Of a DNA stretch of 64,000 bases, positions 51,104-64,000 are shown piece after piece. Made by a program: the position numbers and the translations under genes. Below the pieces are notes generated by a model. The model saw nothing but the letters and a program-made list of their open reading frames with translations, was not told the DNA's origin and did no database searches. This DNA is from Octopus vulgaris. Its lineage: Eukaryota. Position 1 is the first letter of the stretch. Every line of letters starts with the position of its first letter. The stretch covers positions 174,778,001-174,842,000 of the forward strand of contig OX597815.1 in NCBI GenBank assembly GCA_951406725.2, read 5' to 3'.

Positions 51104-54100
51104 TAACTGTTCCTGAAGATAGTGGATTGGCAGAATCAATTACAGTGTTAAACAAAATACTTGGCAGTATTTCTGTTGGTTCTTTACATGCTGAGTTCAA
51201 ATCTTGCCATGGTCAACATTGTCTTTAATCCTGAAGTTGATAAAACGAATGCTAGCCTTTTGCCTGAATTAAAAGTTACTATTACCTGTTCCAGGAAGCT
51301 AATTAACAGATAGCTAAAACTATATACAGTTCATGTGAAAAAGACATATTGTCTATCATAGGAAAATGAGAAATCTATGCTAATTCAGGATGCTGTCATC
51401 ACCATTCTCATTATTCTCACCACCATCATCTTTTAACTTCCATGCTAGCAAGAGTTAGACAGTTTAACAGGATCTGATGATTCGGTTGTGCCACACTACC
51501 AGCATATAAACTCTTATCATTCTCTTCATGCTTTCCCAATTGCATATGAAGCTTGGAGGGTAAAAAGGCATTACAACTGAGAGATGTTAGCCATCTCAAA
51601 AATCAACACATTTTGACTGGTGTGTGAATTTCTTTGAGTCAGACAGTTTAACAGTATCTGCTTTGGCATAATTTCTTCTTAATACCAACCACTTTACAAT
51701 ATATTGGATGCTTTTTTTGTGGCACCAGCATTAGTGAGGTTGCTATGCACTTGCGACTGAGGAGAGCAAACTAACTTGAAACCAAATTGGTCTTGCAATC
51801 CTGTTGTCTGCTGGAGGATAAGGGTTCACTCGCCTGCTGGCAATATATATGCACTAAGTGCAGGCTGCACCTATAAGATCTGCCTAGGGTTAAACTAGTA
51901 GTAAGATTGAACAGCCATATTGATGTGGCAATTTTATATATATAAAGTTAATCCAAAGATGAAAACACAAAGAGAAAATACAACAACGTGAGGACGTGGA
52001 ATGAGTATAGTGTTATTGGATGCTCAGGAAAGGAAAGAAAGGAGGATTATATACTTATAAGTGGATGTGTTAGCTATTGTCTCACAACAATCGTGATTGT
52101 TGTGAGTGTCACCATCATGCAAGTAGTGTCCATTGTTTCCAATCTGCTGTGAAGATATATCTGGTTCAACGGATATATTACCTTAAAACCAGTGAGGGTT
52201 GGTGATAGGAAGGGCATGTAGCCATGAGAAATTTGTCTCAATAAGTCTTGTCTTCATGCTAGCATGGCAAAAGCAGATGTAAAAATAATGATTCATGTGT
52301 GTGTGTGTATATATATATATATGATGTGCAGATGTGTCTGTGGCTGAGGTATTTGCTTTCTAAACATGATTTTCTGTTCAATCCCACTGTGTAGCACTTT
52401 GGGTAAATGTCTTCTACTATAGCCCTTGGCCAACCAAATCCTTGTGATGGATTTAGACAGTGGCTGAAAGAAGCCCTTCATGTTCATGTGTGTGTGTGTG
52501 TTTGTGTCTCCTTGTCTTGACATCATGTGATAATTGTAAATGAGTGTTACCATCATACCAGCAGTGTTATTCATTTCCAGTATTCTATGAGAGTATGTTC
52601 CAGGCCAACCAAATCCTTGTGAGTGGAAGTTGGTAGGTGGAAAGAAGTCCATTGTGCATGTGTGTGTGTGTATATATATTATATACATCTCTACAACAAG
52701 ACCTCTGTTTCTGCCTCTCTGTCACACTCTAACCTTTCATTATCCGACACCTCCAATGCCTCCTCCTCTCTCAAAGATTCCTTGTCTTGCAAAGTTACTC
52801 TGTGACCTTTCCAGTGCAGATTCCACTTAAAAAGCAGTCAGTCTACACTGAAGTGGTTGGCATTTCGAAGGGCATTAGCCATAAAAACCATGCCAAAACA
52901 GACACAGAAACATGGTGCAGGCTCCTGTCTGGCCAGCATGGATGGAGGACGTTAAACGATGATGATGGTGATGATACTTAAAAACACCAGCACCAGACTG
53001 ACCTGCCTGGCAAAGCTGCACCAATACAGGTGCCACTTTTTATGAACAAAATAGGATTCAATGGGCACAAAGAAAATGCAAGCTGCACAAGTCCAGAGCA
53101 AACTCTCTGCCTTCAGTCCCCAGTACCTGACCTAACGCAGAGTCTTCTGGGCATATATTGAATTGATTGGCCATAACTAGACACATCATGACCTGTCTTT
53201 TTATGCCTTTGATGTCCTTCATTATCATTGACAATGATGGATGAAATAATATATGTGTGTGTGTATAAAATTTGTATGCATCTGTCTTGACATCATGTAG
53301 TGCTTCTGAACTAGTGTCGTTATACAAGCAGTGTCATTTGTTCTGATCTTTGAAAATGAAGGAAAATACCTTGCTTGGAAAGTGGTGAGAAGTAAGGCAT
53401 CCATCTGTACAATATCTCGCCTCAATGGATTTCATCTGAATCATGCAAGGAGGGAAATAGGACATTAAACTGACAGTAATGATGTATCTTGGCCTACATT
53501 ATCTGTGCCTTGTTTTGAAGATAGTGGAGTGTGATTTCAAGAATATTTGACTGCTATTCCTTGCAGAAATGGACTGGTGGATAGGTAGAATGTTGAGCAA
53601 ATGCTGGTGGATAGGCAGAATGTCAAGCTAAATGCCTAGTGACATTTCTTTTGGTTCTTTATGTTCTGAGCCCAAATCCCATTGAAGTTAACATTGCTTC
53701 TCATCCTTTCAGGTTCTGGGGTTGAATAATATTCTCCCAACTAAATTTGTTGGTCTTGTTCCAAAATTTGAAACCATTCTCAGCAGATCTAGCTACTCTA
53801 TAGAGTCTGCCCTGGTTACATTATGGGAAATATAACAGTATTTTCAGGTTCTTGTGAAGCTACTCACCTGTTTTAGTTCTTTATTCCCAGATGAGCCTTG
53901 ATTGAGTAGATCTAAGGTCAAAAGTATTCAATCTGGGATTAGTTTTTTTTTTGTTTTCTTGGCACAGTCTATCCATGGAGAAATATAACTTTGCTCAGAA
54001 ACAGGTGAGAGTTGGCAACAGGAAGGGTATCCAGTTATAGAAAATCTGCTTGACCCTTACAAGCATGGAAAAGTTGACATTGAAACAACAACGATGATGA

Positions 54101-54782
54101 CTAAATAAGACGTTTAATTCTAATCCTAATCCATAGCAAATTGTTGGTTAACCTCTTATTCTATGGCTTAGTCTGGAAGAAGGACAGTAACCACAAGACT
54201 GGTCAGATAAATATGGTTTATGTTCAACTTGGAACATGTACAAGTTAATGTATAGATAAAAATGTGGCAAGTATGAGAAGTACAGAGGGTTGACATTCAA
54301 GAAGTAGCAATGAGTGAAGTGGTTGATTATCAGGTACAATGACACTAGTTTTGCCTGTTGCATAGAGAAGGTTGCCAATGGATCCAGATATACGGTAGCC
54401 ATACAAATTGCCACAGAAGAGGGGGAATGAAATTGTTGAAAGAGCAAAAGATTGATAGTTGACAGGGCCAGTGGGGCTGCCTTTGGAATGGACTGTAGCA
54501 TGTTTTCAATGATGGAAGACATCCTTGCAGAGGGAGAGAGAGTGATACAAAAATTTGGCATTGATGGACGCTAGTCTTGTGGTGCATTGTTTGAAGATAA
54601 TGAAAGGGACATGCTCTATGTCAATTGGCTTGAAGTGATTGAAATTATTTTTTAAAGACAGGATTTAACTGTTAATAGTTCATAAAATTCATAGAAATCC
54701 TCTTGGCAAAGCAACAAAATTATCTACTGCAATTTTGGAAGAAGAAGGTAATTTTGGCTTTTCTGATGGTTGACTTTGAGGT

Positions 54783-55188
54783 ACTCTTACTCTCTTTTAC
54801 TCTTTTACTTGTTTCAGTCATTTGACTGCGGCCATGCTGGTGCACCGCCTTTAATCAAACAAATCGACCCCAGGCCTTATTTTTTAGAAGCCTAGTACTT
54901 ATTCTATTGGTCTCTTTTGCCAAACCGCTAAGTTACAGGGACATAAACACACCACCATCGGTTGTCAAGCGATGTTGGGGGGACAAACACAGACACACAA
55001 ACATATACACACACATATATATATACGACGGGCTTCTTTCAGTTTCCGTCTATGAAATCCACTCAGAAGGCTTTGGTCGGCCCAAGGTTATAGTAGAAGA
55101 CACTTGCCCAAAGTGCTATGCAGTGGGAATGAACCCAGAACCATGTGGTTGGTAAGCAAGCTACTTACCACACAGCCACTCCTGCGCC
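54783..55188 (-). mobile_element. Full-length tRNA-derived SINE (same family as 33370-33754)
   Basis: Minus strand ggcgcaggagtggctgtgtggtaag, gggttcattccc, and (gtaaaagag)n tail. Confidence 0.88.
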
Positions 55189-56677
55189 TGAGATGTTGAA
55201 GTTGATAAAAAAAACTTTGTTGATTGTTGCAATATAGCTCTAATTGAGCAGACCTATGATCATAAATGTTCTAGTCATAATAATCCCATTTTATTTTCAC
55301 TGTTCCTTCTTTTTCAGAGAGTTAGAGTATGCTTTAACAAAAATCTGTGAGTTAGGATAGATTTTTTTAACAAAGATCTGTTTGTTATGATAGTTCAAAT
55401 ATCCTCGTAGAGGCTCCCTCGCTGACTCATGTCTCAGTTTGTATTGGTGGTGGGTGACTTTCTCTTGGTTTACTAAGCAGTGTTCTTTTCCTGTACTGCC
55501 ACAGACAAATCACTTCAGGGTTCAGTGTGGTTTTTATGAAGAACATGCATAGGAGGGTTTCAGTCTACTTCACTGCTTCAGATATGTTGGCTGCAAAGAA
55601 CATTTATTGCCAGGTGTAGTTGGCATAAGATTGAGAGAGCTTCTACCAGTTAGTTGGCTTTTAGGTTTAGGATGTTTTGTGTGAGAGAAAGATGTAATAA
55701 ATGTTAGATGAAAAGATGTGTAGAAAAATGCAACAGCTGAGTAAAGACTGGGTTTGAATTCTGTCAGCTGTGGACAGTTAAGAATAGTGAGTAAGGAGTT
55801 TAGAATCAGAATCAAAAGACCCGATATTTATGTCTGAGAAATGTCTTCTATACAATATGTAAGCTAGTGGAATTACTACTTGTAGCTGGAGAAGTTCTGA
55901 AAGACTGTAGATGCATTTAGTAAAATGAAGAAAGACTTTAAGGCAGTGTAACTGGAAATTTTTGTTGCTGATACCTAGATAAGAGAGGTAAATGGTAGGG
56001 AGAGTTGATTTTAATTAAATGGGATACACTACTTTTCAGTATGAAGTTGTAACCTGAGCAGTAGAGATGGGTTAGAAATAGAAGATAAGAGATATACTCT
56101 CAGAGAGGAATAAGATGCATTAGTAGTGGGTAGTGAGTTTAGATTTAAGTTAGATTGAAGTTTACGCATGTTGCAACAGATAGAGGAGGCTTTTTCCAAG
56201 AGACTTAGTGTTTTCTTATTTGACCTCACATATCATTTTCAGTTTTTAATGTAAGAAGGGAAACCACAAATTGTGACTAGTAGAGCTGCGATATAGAGAA
56301 AGTTTTGAATTCTTGTAAAAACTTCATCTATGAAACGATTAAAAAAAAAAGTCATTAATTTTACTACAAATGTTGCTGTAGAAATACCAATTGAAAAATT
56401 CATTTATATGTACTATGTTTAGGTTAATTCAATCTTGCAGAGCCCAACAATCTTATAGAAAGATATGATTAAACGATCATACAGGGCTTATTGTTAACTC
56501 CAGCCTATCTCTGACTGAGAAAAACCCACGATTAAATATATTCAAATCGTGATCATCCTGTCTTTTTGCGAGTATGTAGAATTATTTTATATAACATGTC
56601 CTTTTCTAAGACGGTGGGTATGATTTGAAGGATATTTGTGCTAGCGGTTCTTTGTTGTAACCATTTACTACGAGATA

Positions 56678-57230
56678 CAGTAATGCCTCGATGTACGAGT
56701 TAATTTGTTCCCGGAGACCGCTTGTAAAGCGAAAACTCGTAAAACAGAGCAATAATTTCCCATAATAGCAATATTCAAAATCGTAATTCGTTCCCAGAAA
56801 TATATTTTACCAATAAAATTTATTATACTCATAAATAAATGGCAATAAAACAACAGTAGAATGTAAAGAATATTTTATGCAAGGTAAAAAGAATGTGAAG
56901 ATCATTTATGATAAAAAATATAATTGTTTTCTGAATCAGTTTCTCTCGCACACCATCACTTGTAGAGCGATCGCCGATTCACAAGCCCGTGTAGACGGAC
57001 TTGTAGATTTCTATTTTAAAAACAAGCCTAGAATTATTTGTTTAGAAGCTTTTTTTTTCGCTCTCAATAAATTTCTCAGTAACACGCTGAAGTATTTGTT
57101 GTGGAAGTATAAATTTTTGCACTTCGATCAAAATTTGGATCTTGTGCTTGAAAAATTTCAGTTCACCACACAAAAGTGAGCTAAAAAATAAACTCGTAAA
57201 CCCGGGTCCTCGTAAAGTACGTTGTTACTG
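56678..57230. mobile_element. Tc1/mariner (pogo/Tigger-like) MITE
   Basis: TA|CAGTAATGCCTCGATGTACGAG...CTCGTAAAGTACGTTGTTACTG|TA: imperfect TIRs and TA duplication. Confidence 0.65.
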
Positions 57231-57483
57231 TACAGAAAACTAGTGTGAATTTTCTTATTGATGGACACAATGCAGTAACTGTAACACGATACGAACCTTT
57301 GGACTGCATACCCATCGTTTCAATTCTTAATTGTGAGAGAAAAGACATTATGTATTAAATTCCATATTTGAAAAGGTAAAAAGAAAAAGAAGTGGAACTG
57401 GAGATAATTCACTGACCTATATAGTTGAAATGGAATCTTTTTGTACAAGAATCATATACAGCAAGAAAACAGAACATAAAATA

Positions 57484-57891
57484 CAGGTCGTCGTCGACTT
57501 ACGACCGATCGACTTTACGACGATTGGCGCGCCAGCCACCGGCAGCAATAATAAATAATTCAATGGATTTAATTTTTTAGAAATTAACCCGTCTATGGAT
57601 GATATCAGCTAACAAACGCTTCCCCTAGGTTTGGTTATCGATCGCCACTGTGTTGGATGACTATCCTGTCGCAGAGATATTGAGGCAACCCCGTATTTGT
57701 TAATAAGCTTGAAACACCGAAATTTTTGACTAATGGCAGTATAGTAGTATAATACAAAATGCTGTGTGTGACTTTTACCTGAGAATGTACTTTAAGAATG
57801 TAAAAAATATAAAACAATGCTATGTAGCTCTATAGACCGACTTACGACCAGTCAGTGGAAACCAATTGTGGTTTAAGTCGACGACGACCTG
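57484..57891. mobile_element. Tc1/mariner (pogo/Tigger-like) MITE
   Basis: TIRs CAGGTCGTCGTCGACTTA / TAAGTCGACGACGACCTG, subterminal gactt(t)acgac repeats, TA on the left flank. Confidence 0.8.
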
Positions 57892-58204
57892 TCTTGGTTT
57901 CTAACATTAGAACTCCCGCATATTTTGAGAAAGAGTACAATCGACTAACTGGAATCCTGTAGTTGATTGGTGCTTTATTTAATCGGCCTCAAAAAGATGA
58001 AAGGCAAAGTTTACGTCGGTAGGGTTTAAACTCAGAAACGTAAAGGGCCACAATTAAATCATATAGACGATTTATCTGATGCCTTAGTAAATCTTTCTCT
58101 ATTGTAATCATTTTTTGGAATAAGTATTTCAAAGATATTCTTAGTTTGTATGTTAGTTCAAACAACAAATACTGCTCTTCAGACGGCGGACATACCGGAC
58201 TCCC

Positions 58205-60133
58205 AATTTATTGCTTTCACAGTGTTTACCGTTTTACAAAATTAAATTAGAAAATTGAACAAAACAGAGAACACAATTGACAAAATTAAAAAGAAAAAAA
58301 AAGAAAAACAGGTCACCTCCTTGGTTTGAAAAGTTGGGGGTGTTGGGAAACCTCTTTAATGGCTGTTGAGGCACGCCGGCACGCTTGCAGCGTTTCCGCC
58401 GATGATGGCGAGGCTGATGCACTGGAACAGCCAAGCGCCCTCACGAGTCTCACCAGCTACCTCTGCAAGACGAGTTGCCCGTGAAGACAGAAATCTCGTA
58501 GTTAGTGGTACGACCCCACCAAACGTCTCGAACGTCACAAGATGGAAAATGTAGTTGGCCGACAGATCGCGGTATTTCAGGATTTTGTTCCGTCGGCTGC
58601 AGAAGCTGTGGATCTTACCCTGACCGTAGCATCCAGGATGTGAGAAGAAGCAAAGGAGTCGCTAACTGTGACATCCCAGACAAAGCATCTGCCTCGCGAC
58701 CAAGGGCATAGGGTGAGGCGTCAGGTCTCTTCCCATCACATCTGGACAATCCAGATACTTCCAAGATGAAGGGGATGTTTGCCCGAGCCAAGCTCCTCTT
58801 GAGTATCAGGTTCAACTCCGTATGACACGCGAAGCGACCAGCATTCAGGCGGCAAGAAAGGCCATGGAGGCCTGTGGAGTCGAGGAGCCTGTCACAACGA
58901 CAGATCAAACCTGTACATATGTCAGCTCCACCTCTGAGGGCAATGGAGACACGAAGTTCGTCTAAGCTGAGTAGGCCACCAACATTAGCCACAAGGATAG
59001 ATCAATCTAGTCACCTGAGTATTTGGAGCTAGCAGATAGTAAGCGACACCTTGAAAACTGGTCCGGCTGGATGAAGAGGGAGTCGAAGGTGGCCTTCAAA
59101 GTTATGTTGTTCCAAGCTCTCTGACTCCGATAGTCCTCCACCTTCTTAGGAGCAGACAAGCCCAATTTCCTCCAGTGTTGGAGAGCTTCATCCAACTCCC
59201 TGTTGAAACTGGTCTATGTTGGAGAGGAGAGGATGTTGCTCGCCAGGGTGGACTAGGCGTGAGTTGAGGAAAGGAAGCAGGCGAGAGAGAGGGACGAAGA
59301 CCAAGACCTCCAAATCGTTTGGGTAATGCAGCCTGATCGCGGGACGTTGGAAAGAGTCTGACATTGAACAAGCATTCGAGTCTCTTAAAGATTAGGTTGT
59401 CGAAGCGTTGGGGGCACGATGGGAATCGGTAAGATGAGCTGACTCTGAGCAAATATAGAAGCTTAGGGATCAAGGAGTAATTCCTAAGTATGAAAAAAAC
59501 CTTGATGGGGTTCGATAGCTTCAATATTTTTCAGCAATTGCTCAAGGGCAGCCACCTTCGACTGGAAGATGGACTGAAAGGCAAGGTTAGTGACTGAGGC
59601 TCTTAAGGAGCACCAAGCCGATGGGAGAGGGATTGCAGTGGAAGGGAAAGACTCTGCAAAAAGGTCAATAGTTGGTTGATGTTGAGAAACCGTGTGGTTG
59701 AAGATCTAGAGCTCACATTGGGAGCTGTTTACTTGAAGACCTCGGCTACTGAGCTCCCCCAACTATCATGTTTGCAATGGCGAGAACCCTGTCCAGAGGC
59801 CTCCCCAAACAAGCATCGTCAAGATACCAAACGTTGAGGTCTAGCTCGACCCCCATCTTGGCGATGTCATCAATACACAGTGCGAACAGAGCGAGCCCGA
59901 GTAGGACTGTTGGACTCCTGAGGCGGAGGTGATGATTTGAAGAGATAGGAGGGCTCCCAATAAGCCTACCATACAAGGCGGTAGAGTTGTAGGGCCTTCT
60001 ATCTTACTGAGCTGAGGACAGCATCGCGGCTGATGAAGTTGAAGGCATTCTTATGGTCAAGTTTGAGGATGACCTTGGGTGACAAGACGGGCAAGTTGGC
60101 ATAGGCTCTGGTAGCGTGGGCAGCAGCTTCACA
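58205..60133 (-). mobile_element. CRE-clade non-LTR retrotransposon with RT and restriction-like endonuclease (5'-truncated, frameshifted)
   Basis: ILKLDHKNAFN and WYLDD RT motifs; RFGGLG; CRCDRLLDSTGLHGLSC zinc knuckle; RCDGKRPD RLE motif; C-terminal WLFQCISLAIIGGNAASV; AATAAA near the 3' end. Confidence 0.85.
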
Positions 60134-62382
60134 TCAAATGTGATAAGTTATGAAACAATATCTTATTTCATTGAACGTACCAGCCTCTGACAATGGTGGA
60201 AATCGAGAAGCCAATTTACCACAGTAGTTAAGAAAACACTGCTCCAAACCAAAAGAATTATAGACGTTTAAATAACAAGGAATAGTTTTGGACGTTTTCA
60301 GTTACGGTTATAGAGAAAATGTCAGTCATGTTTTATGTTGATTGTCACGTATTTCTTGATGTAGCTGTTTTATTATTCTACAACACGATTGTGTTACCGA
60401 CATCTACTTGGATGGTCAGACGGCACTATTGATAATATTATTCTATTGCATTTTTGCTTTTATTGGATATTTTTTTATGTGTCGCATGTCAGTAAAATAC
60501 TACTTCTTACGTTGATGTAATTAAATCGTGCATAGAGGAGGGATTGGATAAATTAAGATGACAGGAGAACGAAATAAATTACTGTTATCTATAGCAGTAG
60601 TTTAATGGAAATATAATTCTGAAAGAAGAAATGAAGCACTTCCTCCATCTTTCTACTAAATGTTCAACTTCTGAAAGTGATAGCTTTTCAATGAGGTTTG
60701 TTTGAAGGGTAAATGTAGTACAAGTTGTCAGATGGTTGTAGGAGCGGAAACGATTTAACTGATCAATGACAACAAAATTACTGGCAGACTTCTTAAATAC
60801 AGCAATATCAAATATCATTGAGTTCTAAATACCAAGTTACATGTACAATACTGCAAAAATACAATGCAGAGAACACTGTCAAGATAGATAAATACAACAT
60901 CAATAACATCGTAGCTTCAAATACTGTGCAAGGGTACGCACTACTCTGAAAGAAGAACTGAAGAGAAATAACCATTGTTTTAACTGAGTTCACTTTGCCT
61001 ACATTTGCTGAATAGGACAGTGTGAGAATGGCAACATCTACAGACTATCACACTGTACCCATGCAATAAACCGTTGTGAGTTAGTGTACTATGCGAACTT
61101 CAGATAGGGAATCAAAGACGTTGCTAGAGTTTGTGCCATCCGGAGCGGTCCTTCAGTTTTCCCCACTCCTTCCCGAAAATATATAACGTAATATATCGGA
61201 CCGCCTCTCGGCTTCTTCAAATATCTTGTAGGATGGCCATATGAATTCCATTTAAGTCATTTAAAAAGCTAACTATATATTGTGTCTGAACGATGTGGTA
61301 GAGGTGGAGCTACACAGCCCCAGCATAACATTCAGACAAGTGGTTTTCACGGGTTGTACTGGTTATGCTGTAACTCCACATGATATCACCAGTAGAGCAT
61401 AAGAATCCCTAAAAAAAACCCCAAAAAACCCGATGAATGTATTATACTAACTGTTAATAGAATGCATTTATAATGGGTCTCGGAGGTTTGTCACTGTTAT
61501 TTATGACATATTTCATCTCAGTTACGTTTGTATGAATAAACGACACTCTGAAGCATGTTTACTTCATAGCACCACCATAATCGTTCGTGCATTTCTACTG
61601 CTTTTAGTTTGTTTTTTTCCTGTTTTTCAGCTACTATTTTCGGAAAAAACTTTTTTGTCCCCCTACCCCTACCCATCCAATTTCTTCCTTTTTTTCGTAA
61701 TTCTAACCCTAACTCTAAAACCCTAATCCTAACCCCCTAACTCTAAACCTTAAAGCTAAAACTAGTACAAACGCACGAACGATGTCATAAATAACAGTGA
61801 CAAACGAAATATACACCGCCGATAGTTGTTGACAAAGAACGGCAGTAATTTTATTCAGTTGAATACACGTCATCGATTGGTTGAAATTACCGAAATACGA
61901 CAACTTTAACACGAAATAACTTCGTAAATATAAACTTTTCTCAAAAATGCTAAGAGTAAAAGATATTTTATATGACATATTCTGCCAGTGTCCGAATTTT
62001 GAAAGTATTTAGTTACTTTAATCAATTTCTTGATCTGCCGTTCAAAGGGAAAAGATCCACAAAGGGATAAGAGCGGTGGATGGGCAAAATCGTAAGACCG
62101 TTGAACAAAATACTTTTGGTATCTAGTTACGATCCTTTACATTCTGATAGTCAAATACTGAAGTTGATATTCCGTATTTGATAGCATAAAAGACGAACGG
62201 GCATATTGGCGCACACTAATTTCAGAAAGCTTATGGGAGACCCAACCTCACATATGGGACCCAGAGTGATTCTTTTTGAGACACTTTTCTTTTAAAGAAA
62301 ACGTAACTTATAAAATGTAACGTATAAGATACAGCAATCCTTACACCAACTTTGAGGTGTTGTATGGAATAAATATTACCTA

Positions 62383-62600
62383 GGGCGGCAAGCAGGCAGA
62401 ATCGTTGGCACACCAGGCAAAATGCTTAGCAGTATTTCGTCCGTCTTTACGTTCTGAGTTCAAATTCTGCCGAGGTTGACTTCATTTTTCATCCTTTCGC
62501 GCGTTGATAAAATAAGTACCAGTTGAGCACTGGGGTCGATGCAATTGACTTACTCCTCCCCCGAAGTTGCTGGCCTCGTGCCAAAATTTAAAACCAATAA
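62383..62600 (+). mobile_element. MetaSINE-like tRNA-derived SINE
   Basis: A box ggcagaatcgttgg, B box gagttcaaattc, central tttcatcctttcg...gataaaataagtaccag core resembling the Meta domain. Confidence 0.75.
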
Positions 62601-64000
62601 CTAAGCCTTTAATAATTTTCTAACCAAACTTACTTAATGTGAAACAAATCACCTCTACTAAATCACCTTTCACATGAGCTAACAAGGGAGCCTCTACGTG
62701 GACGATTGACCTGCTAGAAATAGCAACTATATCTCCTTCAAATCACAACTATTGTTTTAATAAACGAAGGATGTATTCAATAGTTCTTGAAACACTATGC
62801 CTGAAAAACGAAACCAAAACATACAATATATAAAAAAGCAAAAATGGTCATAACTCGAACCACTTTGATCATAAGTTTACTTGACCAGAATTCATTTCAC
62901 AACTTTACTATCTTTATCAATAATTTATCAATCACTATTTATCTGATACACTTCAATGAATATGTCTCAGCTATTTACTCTTTATTCGTACATCTCTACT
63001 ATTAATATTAGAGATTAATTTTAAAGTTCCATTAAGTAAGGAACCACATAAATACATCTCGTTGGCTCATAATACTGTTTGCGCAAAAGTATCTATTGCT
63101 GCTATATCAGCAGTAGATACTTTTGATCCACGTTTGTCACCAAAGAGGGTCTTCACTGCTTGAGGAAGACTTTCCTTGCTACGGGGTATTGCTTCTATTA
63201 CAAGCTTAGGTGAAATGAAAAAGAAAAGGTGGCGGATATGATACTCTAAGAACTTCCGGCGTCCTAAACTTTACAATTTCATTATTTTTTTTTTAACAGT
63301 AACTGATATTTAAACCAAACATCAAGAGCAATTTGACTTTTTAAAATTCCATGTGTGTACCTAATAAGAATTGTGCTGACATCAACCGCTCATCTCAGGA
63401 AGTTTCTCTCCAGCTAATATATACGTGCCTTAGGTCTCTAGTTGAAACCCGGTCGGAAGATGAAATAAAAAATAAGAAAATAATAACAATAATTGTGGCC
63501 CAAGGCCAGCAATTTAGGTGCTAGTGCTCAACTCATATCTATTTTATCTATTGCGAAAGAATAAAAGGCTATATCGACCTCGGCCAAATTTGAACTCAGA
63601 ACATAAAGAGTCGGAAGAAATGTTGCTAGTGCGCTAAAATGAAATGAATGGTAGGGTGAACTTGTATACATATAAAAGTAATGCTGGACAGTCGAAACAT
63701 AACATCAGTGAGTTGAAGCAAAATGTCCTATTCACATTTTTACGTACAGCCAACTTTTTTGGAATCGTACTACTATAGCGCCGATAAATTAAAAGACCAA
63801 GCACGTTTTATAGAAAAGCAGCGTGTACAAGAACGTTATATTTGTCCTTCTCCAACTAATTACCCAGTAAAAGTGAGTTTTCTCCGTTGAAGTTTAATTG
63901 CTTATCGAATTGAAGAAAAAAAAAAGGGGGGGGATTAGTGAAATAGCTTAACTCTTAACACAATTCTATAGCATCCTGCTCAATTCATCTTTTGCATCCT

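Noticed and set aside
51945-52045. Fragment resembling a Penelope-like terminal repeat beside (TA)n (similar AT-rich piece at ~5130-5420)
   Set aside because: No hammerhead core or coding remnant is visible, so the assignment cannot be supported.
60560-61240. Possible very degraded RT or transposase remnant on the minus strand
   Set aside because: Only faint motif hints; not supportable without a profile search.

Overview
AT-rich, repeat-dense eukaryotic DNA, most likely a coleoid cephalopod such as Octopus (inferred from the SINE repertoire and microsatellite load). Two spliced + strand genes can be rebuilt with in-phase GT-AG junctions: the last eight coding exons of ARMC8 (675-36387, including a ~21 kb intron) and a complete three-exon SLC39A7/ZIP7 zinc transporter (43220-50053). 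The rest is mobile DNA: tRNA-derived and MetaSINE-like SINEs, (GAT)n-tailed retroposons, RTE, CR1 and CRE-type LINE fragments, an intact ORF1-only Tx1/L1-like element, Helentron/HINE-like elements, piggyBac and pogo-type MITEs, and a mariner remnant. The most notable signal is a set of minimal type I hammerhead ribozyme motifs from several unrelated Penelope-like terminal-repeat families. One apparently intact U3-A8 covariant hammerhead lies on the ARMC8 sense strand in the loop of a ~135-bp near-perfect inverted repeat. Two locally templated insertions flanked by direct duplications are also visible. All assignments were made by eye; no alignments, folds or database searches were run.
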